From an uncultured Pseudomonadota bacterium (GTDB lineage: Bacteria > Oederibacteriota > Muellerivitia > Muellerivitales > Muellerivitaceae): a DNA stretch of 64,000 nucleotides. Where the stretch lies: NCBI GenBank assembly GCA_963836235.1, contig CAWIIP010000004.1, positions 32,001-96,000 of the forward strand. The letters are read 5' to 3'. Under the pieces are notes generated by a model that was given only the letters and a program-made list of their open reading frames with translations, was not told the origin of the DNA and made no database searches. The first letter of the stretch is position 1. Every line of letters starts with the position of its first letter. The translations under genes and the position numbers were made by a program. This document shows, in pieces, positions 22,187-29,569 of the stretch.

Positions 22187-24835
22187 ATGAAAAAACATCC
22201 AAGATCATTTGAATTTTACCGGCTCTTTTCTGTCATTTTTTTAGTTGGCGGATTTGTGGTCGTAATTTTTGATCCGAACCTTCTCGCCGGTATTTTTCAT
22301 CGGGCCGCTGCCCTGAAATCGACTCGACAAGATTCTTCCGGGGAAATGAAATTTAAAAGATCCTACGGCCAACTCCCATTGATCTTCGAACCCAACGAAG
22401 GCCAAACCGATCCCCGGGTGAGCTATTTCTGCCGGGGCGCGGGATACAGCCTATTCTTGACCCCGAAAGAAGCGGTGCTCACCTTAAGACAACCCGAACC
22501 ACCATCCCGCCATCCGGGCCGCGAGAAGGGCCAGGCCTTGCCTCTCGAACCGTCCCGGGTCCGGGAGAGGGTGTTGCGCATCAAGTTAAAAGAGGCCCAA
22601 TCGCCTTCCTCGGTGGAGGGGATGGATAAATTGGAAGGTACCAGCAATTATTTCATCGGCAAGGACCCCCGAAAATGGCGCACAGGGATCCCCCAATTCG
22701 CCAGGGTGAAATTAAAGGATGTTTATCCCGGCATCGACATCGTTTATTACGGCAACGGGGGAAAATTGGAGTATGACTTCGTGGTAAAACCGGGGGCCGA
22801 TCCGAGGTCGATCCAGATGGCTTTTGAGGGCACCCAAGGGATGAAGTTGGTCGATGGCGATTGGGTTTTGAAAGCGGGGAAAGACCAACTGGTTTTTAAA
22901 GCGCCCGTGATCTATCAGCCGCAAGGGGGCTCGCGCAGAAGGGTGGAGGGACGGTATGTGCGGATGGGGCCTCATCAGCTGGGTTTCCAGGTGGATGGCT
23001 ATGACCCGACGCGAACGCTTGTCATCGATCCCGTATTAGATTATTCGACCTATTTGAGCGGGAGCGCCTCGAACCAGAGCTTCGGGATCGCGGTGAACTC
23101 CAGCGGAAATGCTTATGTGATCGGACAGGTTACTTCCATTACTTTCCCAACGACGGCAGGGGCCTTCCAGACCGCCCCCCCTGGCGGTACCTCGGACGCT
23201 TTTGTCTCGGAGCTGAACGCCGCCGGGACGGGGTTGGTCTATTCGACCTATTTGGGCGGGACGGGGATAGAGGGCGCCATGAAGATTGCGGTGGACGCCG
23301 CGGGAAATGCCTATGTGGTGGGAGTCACCAGTTCCACCGATTTTCCCATCACGCCCGGAGCCTTCCAAACGGCCTCCACGGGGGTTACCTATAACATTTA
23401 TTTGACCAAATTGAATCCCGCCGGGACCGCCCTCGTTTATTCCACGTACTTTGGCGGGAATGCCGACACGCAATGCGACGCCCTCGCAGTCGACAACACC
23501 GGGCAGGCTTATATCGGCGGCTTTTCCAGCGCCACCAATTTACCCACAACGGCCGGCGCCTATCAAAGCACGATGAAGGGAAGTACCAACGCCTATGTGG
23601 CAAAGTTCAACGCCCTCGGGACGGCTTTGGTGTACATGACTTATCTGGGAGGGACCAATTATGACGGTCTTTCTGGGATCGCGTTGGACCCTTCGGGGGA
23701 CGCTTATCTCTGCGGCGGGACCCGCTCCGTCGATTTCCCCACGACCGCCGGAGTTTTTAAATCGGCTTATGGCGGGGGAATCAATGATGGCTTTGTGGCC
23801 AAGTTGAATCCCACTGGTACTGCCTTGTTGTACTCTACTTACCTGGGTGGAAGCGGGAACGACAGCATCTCCGGTATCAAAATAGATTCTTCGGGAGACG
23901 CCTATATTGCCGGCGGCACCACTTCCGTGAATTTCCCCACCACCGCGGGCGCTTATCAAGGCGCGTTGGCGGGAAATACCAACGTCTTCATCACTGAATT
24001 AAACCCAACAGCCACTTCATTGATTTACTCCACCCTCCTGGGAGGCAGTAATAATGATGCGGCCTATGGAATGGATATGGATTCCTCCTATAGGGTCTAC
24101 GTGACGGGGCAGATCAATTCGGTGAATTTTCCAACCACCGCGGGGGCGTTCCAAACGGTTTTTGGGGGTTTCGACGATTCCTTTATCAGTGTCATGAACC
24201 CGACCGGCACGGCCTTGGTCTATTCCAGTTACCTCGGAGGGAGCAGTGAGGACGTGGGCTATGGCATTGCCTTGGACCCGGCCGGGAACGCTTATCTGGC
24301 AGGCTATACCTGGTCGACCGACTTTCCCACGACGGCGGGCGCTTACCAACCGGTGTACGGCGGCGGAAGTTCCAACGCCTTTGCCGCTAAATTCGACGTG
24401 ACGACCTTTAGCATCCCCGCCATCACCGCAACCCCGACCTCCACTCCGACGAGTAGTCCAACTTCAACGCCCACACCCTTGGTTACCAGCACGCCCACTT
24501 CCACACCGACCTTTACGCCGACCGCCCTGATGACCAACACGCTCACACCCGGTTCAACTTCAGGCTGTGTGATCCATGTTTGGCCCAATCCTTATAGCTT
24601 GAAATACGCCCATGACCATGCCTTGAAGTTCAGCTGCCTGCCCGCGAACGCCGAGGTTTATATCTATACGGTATCGGGCGAGTTGGTGGCCCAGTTCGGC
24701 CCCTCCGGCGACCCCACCGAATGGAAAGATGGGAAAAATCTCAATGGGGCCAGTGTTTCCTCCGGCATTTATTATTACGCTATTCAGAATGGCCAAACCC
24801 TCTTGCAACGGGGTAAGTTTTTGATCACACCTTAA
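22187..24835 (+). CDS. Secreted SBBP beta-propeller repeat protein (paralogue) with Thr/Pro linker and C-terminal sorting-like domain
   Basis: FEPNEGQTD, repeated YSTYLGG, WPNP...IYTVSGELV...SGIYYY. Confidence 0.88.
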   Translation: MKKHPRSFEFYRLFSVIFLVGGFVVVIFDPNLLAGIFHRAAALKSTRQDSSGEMKFKRSYGQLPLIFEPNEGQTDPRVSYFCRGAGYSLFLTPKEAVLTLRQPEPPSRHPGREKGQALPLEPSRVRERVLRIKLKEAQSPSSVEGMDKLEGTSNYFIGKDPRKWRTGIPQFARVKLKDVYPGIDIVYYGNGGKLEYDFVVKPGADPRSIQMAFEGTQGMKLVDGDWVLKAGKDQLVFKAPVIYQPQGGSRRRVEGRYVRMGPHQLGFQVDGYDPTRTLVIDPVLDYSTYLSGSASNQSFGIAVNSSGNAYVIGQVTSITFPTTAGAFQTAPPGGTSDAFVSELNAAGTGLVYSTYLGGTGIEGAMKIAVDAAGNAYVVGVTSSTDFPITPGAFQTASTGVTYNIYLTKLNPAGTALVYSTYFGGNADTQCDALAVDNTGQAYIGGFSSATNLPTTAGAYQSTMKGSTNAYVAKFNALGTALVYMTYLGGTNYDGLSGIALDPSGDAYLCGGTRSVDFPTTAGVFKSAYGGGINDGFVAKLNPTGTALLYSTYLGGSGNDSISGIKIDSSGDAYIAGGTTSVNFPTTAGAYQGALAGNTNVFITELNPTATSLIYSTLLGGSNNDAAYGMDMDSSYRVYVTGQINSVNFPTTAGAFQTVFGGFDDSFISVMNPTGTALVYSSYLGGSSEDVGYGIALDPAGNAYLAGYTWSTDFPTTAGAYQPVYGGGSSNAFAAKFDVTTFSIPAITATPTSTPTSSPTSTPTPLVTSTPTSTPTFTPTALMTNTLTPGSTSGCVIHVWPNPYSLKYAHDHALKFSCLPANAEVYIYTVSGELVAQFGPSGDPTEWKDGKNLNGASVSSGIYYYAIQNGQTLLQRGKFLITP

Positions 24836-24838
24836 CGT

Positions 24839-24870
24839 GTTGTCCACGACGGGGACCCGTCGTGGACAAG
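24839..24870. repeat. 32-bp palindromic site P1
   Basis: GTTGTCCACGAC-GGGGACCC-GTCGTGGACAAG; starts 3 bp after the SBBP stop codon. Confidence 0.9.
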
Positions 24871-24884
24871 GATAATAGGGACAC

Positions 24885-24913
24885 TTGACGTATAACGCTC
24901 TCCGTTATACCCT
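24885..24913 (+). promoter_or_regulatory. higBA sigma70 promoter with overlapping operator palindrome; probably leaderless
   Basis: TTGACG-17bp-TACCCT, 6 bp before the ATG; inverted repeat GTATAACG-N5-CGTTATAC at 24890-24910. Confidence 0.7.
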
Positions 24914-24919
24914 TAAAGA

Positions 24920-25201
24920 ATGATCCGAAGCTTTAAGGGTAAAGAAACCGAGCTTATCTTCAACCGGACTTTTTCCCATCGGCTGCCCCACGACATTCAA
25001 ACGGTGGCCTTTCGGAAACTCCGAATGATAAGCCGGGCGGTATCCTTAAACGATTTGAGGGTTCCCCCAGCAAACCATTTGGAAGCCCTGCACGGGAACC
25101 GTAAGGGCCAACACAGCATTCGGATTAATAATCAATGGCGTGTTTGTTTTGAATGGCGCGCGGGGGACGCACATAACGTTGAGATCGTGGATTACCACTA
25201 G
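24920..25201 (+). CDS. higB: HigB-family (RelE-like) toxin
   Basis: MIRSF...DLRVPPANHLEALHGNRKGQHSIRINNQWRVCFEW...VEIVDYH. Confidence 0.94.
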   Translation: MIRSFKGKETELIFNRTFSHRLPHDIQTVAFRKLRMISRAVSLNDLRVPPANHLEALHGNRKGQHSIRINNQWRVCFEWRAGDAHNVEIVDYH

Positions 25202-25209
25202 GAGGAAAA

Positions 25210-25512
25210 ATGAAGACAGCTAAAATTCCGCCGCTACATCCAGGCGAAGTTCTTCAAGAGGAGTTTTTAGCTCCCATGAAGATCAGCCAAAATAAGCTGG
25301 GTCAGGACCTGGGGGTCCCTCCCCGCCGCATCAATGAAATCATCCAGGGGAAAAGGGGCATCACAGCCGATACCGCCTTGCGCTTGGCCAGGTATTTCAA
25401 CATGTCCCCCCAATTTTGGCTTGGCTTGCAAATGGATTTTGAGTTGGACCAGGAAGCAGACCATCTTGCATCCCGCCTCAAAAAGGAAGTCCACGTCTAC
25501 CAGGCTGTTTAA
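25210..25512 (+). CDS. higA: HigA-family HTH antitoxin
   Basis: HPGEVLQEEFL, RINEIIQGKRGITADTALRLARYF, FWLGLQ. Confidence 0.94.
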   Translation: MKTAKIPPLHPGEVLQEEFLAPMKISQNKLGQDLGVPPRRINEIIQGKRGITADTALRLARYFNMSPQFWLGLQMDFELDQEADHLASRLKKEVHVYQAV

Positions 25513-25526
25513 GATCGGTTCCATGG

Positions 25527-25558
25527 GTTGTCCACGACGGGGACCCATCGTGGACAGG
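25527..25558. repeat. 32-bp palindromic site P2
   Basis: GTTGTCCACGAC-GGGGACCC-ATCGTGGACAGG. Confidence 0.9.
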
Positions 25559-25608
25559 TAAAAGGGGTATAATCCAATCTTCGTTACGCTTCTATAATTG
25601 AGGCAAGT

Positions 25609-26742
25609 ATGAATCGACTTTTCCTTATCGCGGTAATCCTCTTGATCGGCCTGTTCCCCCTGGCTTGCCAGAAGACCTATACGTTAGGCCCTCTGAGCGT
25701 TCCAACTCCCGCTCCACCTCCCACCAAAACCTTTACCGCCACAGGTTCGCCTACCCCCACCTGTAGCGGGAAAATCGTTTCGACCTTGGCGGGGTCCGGG
25801 TTGGTTGGAGCCGTCAACGCCACTGGTACAGCCGCGTCGTTCAATTTCCCTACGGGGGCCGCCGTGGATTCTTCCGGGAATGTTTATGTGGCGGATACTT
25901 ACAACAACCTGATACGGGAAATCACGTCAGGTGGGGTAGTAACGACCTTGGCCGGGTCCGGGGCGATTGGAGCCGTCAACGCCACCGGGACCGCCGCGTC
26001 CTTTCATACTCCCTACGCCCTGGCGGTGGATTCTTCGGGCAATGTTTATGTCGCGGATACCATTAACAACCTGATCCGGATGATAACCCCCGGTGGGGTG
26101 GTGACCACCTTGGCCGGAGGCGGGCCTTGTTGCGCGGTAAACGCAACGGGAACCGCCGCTTCGTTCAACGGACCTTGGGGAATAGCCGTCGATGCTTCCG
26201 GAAACGTTTATGTGGCGGATCAAACCAACGACCTCATCCGGAAAATTACCCCGGGCGGCGTCGTGACGACCCTGGCGGGATCGGGTGCCTGGGGGGCCAC
26301 CAACGGAACCGGAACCGCCGCGTCTTTTTATAATCCCGTTGGACTCGCGGTCGATTCTTCGGGGAATGTTTATGTCGCGGATTCTTACAACGACATGATC
26401 CGGAAAATCACTCCGGGAGGCGTGGTGACGACCCTGGCGGGGTCCGGGTCAGCCGGCTCGGCCGACGGAATCGGGACCGCGGCGTCTTTCAATATGCCCC
26501 TTGGGGTCGCGGTGGATTCCTCCGGAAATGTTTACGTGACGGACGCGTGGAACAACCTGATCCGTGAAATTACCCCAGGGGGCGTGGTGACGACCCTGTT
26601 GGGAAAAGTGGGGGTCGCGGGTTCAACCAACGGAAATTGCTACCAGGCCCTTTTCAACCAGCCTGATGGAATCGCGGTGGATTCCTCCGGGAAAATCTAC
26701 ATCGCGGACCAGGACAACAACCTGATCCGGGAAATCCAATAA
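25609..26742 (+). CDS. NHL-repeat beta-propeller lipoprotein
   Basis: Lipobox PLAC; six AVDSSGNVYVAD..NNLIR.IT repeats. Confidence 0.9.
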   Translation: MNRLFLIAVILLIGLFPLACQKTYTLGPLSVPTPAPPPTKTFTATGSPTPTCSGKIVSTLAGSGLVGAVNATGTAASFNFPTGAAVDSSGNVYVADTYNNLIREITSGGVVTTLAGSGAIGAVNATGTAASFHTPYALAVDSSGNVYVADTINNLIRMITPGGVVTTLAGGGPCCAVNATGTAASFNGPWGIAVDASGNVYVADQTNDLIRKITPGGVVTTLAGSGAWGATNGTGTAASFYNPVGLAVDSSGNVYVADSYNDMIRKITPGGVVTTLAGSGSAGSADGIGTAASFNMPLGVAVDSSGNVYVTDAWNNLIREITPGGVVTTLLGKVGVAGSTNGNCYQALFNQPDGIAVDSSGKIYIADQDNNLIREIQ

Positions 26743-26771
26743 ATTCCAATTCGCCCTTTTGATATAAAAAA

Positions 26772-26803
26772 TCTGTCCACTACGGGGACCCGTCGTGGAC
26801 AAC
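26772..26803. repeat. 32-bp palindromic site P3
   Basis: TCTGTCCACTAC-GGGGACCC-GTCGTGGACAAC. Confidence 0.9.
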
Positions 26804-26812
26804 AAAGAATTG

Positions 26813-26849
26813 CCTGCACATGCCTGTCGCAAAAAGGATAGTGTGCAAC
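26813..26849. repeat. 37-bp direct repeat R1
   Basis: CCTGCACATGCCTGTCGCAAAAAGGATAGTGTGCAAC; identical copies at 27821 and 28778. Confidence 0.97.
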
Positions 26850-26850
26850 C

Positions 26851-27120
26851 GATGCTCTTTTTGATGCTTCGGCACCTTTTGTGAGTGAAGTAGGTAGTGA
26901 TTTGGCCGTTGGCGCATTGGAAGCAGGGGGAGCAGCATTGGCCTCAGTTTCGGGGCCTTTGGCTCCGCTGGTGGAAGAGGGAACACAAGCGCTTGCACCC
27001 CTTGCCTATGTTGCCGGTTCGACCGCGGCATCGGCAGGTTGGAAATATATTCAACAACAAGCCGCTCCCGTAATAAACAATGCGATAAGCACCATTAGTG
27101 GGTGGTTTTCAGGACCGTGA
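26851..27120 (+). pseudogene. 3' gene fragment with an Ala/Gly-rich hydrophobic C-terminus, cut by R1
   Basis: Frame is open from inside R1 (DALFDASAPFVSEVG...GWFSGP*); no convincing RBS/start. Confidence 0.6.
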
Positions 27121-27147
27121 TTTTTCTTTTTCAATTTTAAAGATTAA

Positions 27148-27633
27148 GTGAAGTGGTTTGAAATGAAAAACACAAAAGTTTATGGATCTAAATTCACTGT
27201 TTTGCTCATGGGACTTTTTTTAGGGATGAGCCTTTTTGTTCTTGTGAAGAAATTGGGGGAACCAGATGCCGAAATCACGAAACCAATCTTAATAGTTGTC
27301 TTTGGTCTGTTTTTATTTTTGGTGGCTTTTAATCGAGCATTAACCCCTCGATGGACCTATGACGAGAGTGGAGTCACGATGAAAAACTCATTTAAGCCAA
27401 AAGATGAAAATTTTTGGCCTTGGAGTGAAGTTGTTGGCATTTATAGACGCGCTTATTGGTCGTGGAATTACTACATCGATTTTAAACGCGGGGGTGTCAT
27501 GGTTAGTTTTCTCTGGACTAGCAATCATTTAAGGATTTTAGTGGATGCGGTACATTTTGCACAAAAAAATAACCCAAATGTGGAAATTACACCTTCTGTT
27601 TTGGGAAAAGTTAAAAAATATTTTAACCGATAG
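27148..27633 (+). CDS. AT-rich 2-TM membrane protein with a soluble C-terminal domain (immunity-like)
   Basis: Two hydrophobic helices, then a WTYDESGV...WPWSEV pattern; start GTG 27148 or ATG 27163. Confidence 0.7.
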   Translation: MKWFEMKNTKVYGSKFTVLLMGLFLGMSLFVLVKKLGEPDAEITKPILIVVFGLFLFLVAFNRALTPRWTYDESGVTMKNSFKPKDENFWPWSEVVGIYRRAYWSWNYYIDFKRGGVMVSFLWTSNHLRILVDAVHFAQKNNPNVEITPSVLGKVKKYFNR

Positions 27634-27689
27634 ATATTTTTGAAAAGTAACTTTTGGGCAACAGTTAGTAGATTGAAAGGCGTTTGTTA

Positions 27690-27820
27690 ATGAATGGCGA
27701 AGTTTTTAAAAATTTAAAAAGTGCCAAGAGATTATGGGGCTTATTGCTGTTTCTCACTTTGGGAAACAGCTCAATATCTTTCGCCCAGACAGCCACGCCT
27801 ACCCCCATGCCCACGCCGAC
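27690..27820 (+). pseudogene. 5' gene fragment (signal peptide plus TPTP linker) cut by R2
   Basis: GAAAGG RBS; MNGEVFKNLKSAKRLWGLLLFLTLGNSSISFAQTATPTPMPTP runs into R2 and stops at 27860. Confidence 0.65.
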
Positions 27821-27857
27821 CCTGCACATGCCTGTCGCAAAAAGGATAGTGTGCAAC
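27821..27857. repeat. 37-bp direct repeat R2
   Basis: Identical to R1. Confidence 0.97.
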
Positions 27858-27864
27858 TAACTAA

Positions 27865-28635
27865 TCACTTTTCCGAAGATTTTAATTCATTCAATATTTC
27901 TTTTGATTTCTTTTCCAACTCTTGTCGATTCCCCCTAAGACTCAAGTTCGTTTTATGATATTGTTCAACAGTTTGCTTATATGAAATTCTCAATTTTAAT
28001 CTCTTCTCACGGTTCAAAAAATATTGATCGGCGGTACTTTTCGAACCAAACGTTTTAATTTTGCGATCTTTATACTCTCCATATATTTTGGAGCCCGTTA
28101 TTTTTTTGAATATTTGATCCGTTAATTCGTTTGCGTTTTTCAGACCACCTTTATGCCAAGTCAATTTAGAATAAGTCCCATTAATCATCGCCTCTTCCCT
28201 AATCCATTGACAAAGATCATCAGTTTTACCATCGCCCAATTCGTTTCCTAATTGATCCGCTTTTTCAATTCCCTCTTTTTGTTTTGACTTCACATTCATT
28301 TGATCTATCGGCATACTTTCGGGATTATTGTGTGCACCCATCGAAGTTAGATCGTTGGATAAATCTTTAAGTTTTTTAATTAAAGCCATTTGATCATCAG
28401 TTAAGTTCAACGATGACACCGATATTAAATCTTCATCCACTTTTGGTAAAAAACCGGATGCACTCCAAATCTTTATTGCTCGAATTTTTTCGGCAGACAC
28501 TGGCAAAACCTCAGAAGTAATGGCGGGTGTTTGAGCAATAACCCATCTAATAGGCGCAGCCCAAAGAACCAATATTTCAAAAGCAAAAATCATTTTCCGC
28601 CATTTTTGAAATTTCATCCCTGTTTTGAAATCCAT
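27865..28635 (-). CDS. AT-rich exported helical hypothetical protein
   Basis: 256-aa ORF, signal-like N-terminus (..VIAQT), GGGGGA RBS; stop lies 7 bp from R2. Confidence 0.75.
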   Translation of the reverse strand: MDFKTGMKFQKWRKMIFAFEILVLWAAPIRWVIAQTPAITSEVLPVSAEKIRAIKIWSASGFLPKVDEDLISVSSLNLTDDQMALIKKLKDLSNDLTSMGAHNNPESMPIDQMNVKSKQKEGIEKADQLGNELGDGKTDDLCQWIREEAMINGTYSKLTWHKGGLKNANELTDQIFKKITGSKIYGEYKDRKIKTFGSKSTADQYFLNREKRLKLRISYKQTVEQYHKTNLSLRGNRQELEKKSKEILNELKSSEK

Positions 28636-28652
28636 TACATCCCCCTGATGTG

Positions 28653-28677
28653 GTTTGCCCTAAGCGTTGTCGAAGGG
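28653..28677. repeat. Single REP-like element
   Basis: GTTTGCCCTAAGCGTTGTCGAAGGG resembles the widespread CCCTGAGCTTGTCGAAGGG-type intergenic repeat; only one copy seen here. Confidence 0.35.
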
Positions 28678-28777
28678 TTGGTGTTGTTTAAACGAAGGTG
28701 AGCGAGGTAAAAGCGAAAACTTTTTCAGTTGGACTATATCAAAACGATAAATATTTACTATGTTTAAAGGTAAATGG

Positions 28778-28814
28778 CCTGCACATGCCTGTCGCAAAAA
28801 GGATAGTGTGCAAC
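28778..28814. repeat. 37-bp direct repeat R3
   Basis: Identical to R1 and R2. Confidence 0.97.
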
Positions 28815-28952
28815 GGTTCAAGCTCTTATTCAAAATAATGATGGGAATGGGCGAAAGTGGGGTTTCGGGCCTATTTTAGAAGCCTGAAGAAATCATTTAA
28901 AAGAAAAGCAGTTATGCCATTTTTTGGAAATAAAAGATAATGGCAATATGTA

Positions 28953-28984
28953 GTTGTCCATAGTGGGGACCCTGATTGGACAAC
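28953..28984. repeat. 32-bp palindromic site P4 (degenerate)
   Basis: GTTGTCCATAGT-GGGGACCC-TGATTGGACAAC; outer 8-bp arms and 8-bp core are retained. Confidence 0.85.
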
Positions 28985-29018
28985 CCAATCCCTTCAACCC
29001 GCTATTTGAGGATGTGAG

Positions 29019-29366
29019 TTAAAATGGCACCAGCACAAATCTCCCATAGGCAACGAATAGGACCAGGAGAGCGGGCACCAAAGCCCAGAGAAAGCCCTGA
29101 AACTTGACGCCGGTCAACGCGGAAACTGATACCGTTTCGACGGCTACGCAGACTGCCACGATGGGGGTTAGGATGGGCAGTATCCCGATTGCTCCAGGCA
29201 AAACCAGGCCTAAGGCGAACAGGGCCTGGAGCACACCCAGAGCCATCCAGGCGGGCTTTGGCAGAATTTTCAACCAGACCCCCGGGACTTTAAATACCAT
29301 CCAGCTCCCGCCCATCAAATAGTACAAGCACAGCAAAATTTGAAGCACCCATAGCAGAATGTTCAT
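29019..29366 (-). CDS. DoxX-like 4-TM membrane protein
   Basis: MNILLWVLQILL...GLVLP...FVAYGRF pattern; GAGGAG RBS. Confidence 0.8.
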   Translation of the reverse strand: MNILLWVLQILLCLYYLMGGSWMVFKVPGVWLKILPKPAWMALGVLQALFALGLVLPGAIGILPILTPIVAVCVAVETVSVSALTGVKFQGFLWALVPALLVLFVAYGRFVLVPF

Positions 29367-29490
29367 CCTAGTCTCCTCGAATTCGCCGGCGCGCGGCCAG
29401 CTTATTTTAAAACGCTGTCATCGCCTAAGGTACAAAGGGGCCCGACCTTTTTTCCACCTCCGTGTCGTAACGGAGAGGACGGGCGAATTA

Positions 29491-29517
29491 TGTCACACCC
29501 TTCCCCCTTGATTCGTC
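29491..29517 (+). promoter_or_regulatory. ECF41-type promoter driving the sigma gene
   Basis: TGTCACA-N16-CGTC. Confidence 0.8.
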
Positions 29518-29525
29518 ATTATCAT

Positions 29526-29552
29526 GACGGATAAGAATAGGAAAATGTGACA
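29526..29552 (-). promoter_or_regulatory. ECF41-type promoter driving the DoxX-like gene
   Basis: Minus-strand TGTCACA-N16-CGTC (plus strand GACG-N16-TGTGACA). Confidence 0.8.
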
Positions 29553-29569
29553 AGGGAAAGGGGCACAAA

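Noticed and set aside
24839-24870. P1-P3 as simple intrinsic terminators
   Set aside because: They follow stop codons but have no U-tract and share sequence, including an invariant core, beyond what a terminator needs.
26813-26849. 37-mer as a MITE insertion or sequencing adapter
   Set aside because: No target-site duplication around any copy and the flanks of each copy are not contiguous; not a match to Illumina/Nextera adapters I know. A loose likeness to IS ends cannot be excluded without ISfinder.
26813-28814. Canonical CRISPR array
   Set aside because: Spacers are 971 and 920 bp rather than ~30-40 bp and there are no cas genes in the window; reported as repeats and as a finding instead.
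24839-28984. Integron attC sites or Xer dif/pdif sites
   Set aside because: P sites are 32 bp and run GTT...AAC, the reverse of attC (RYYYAAC...GTTRRRY, ~57 bp or longer). They do not resemble XerC/XerD arms, and no intI is present.
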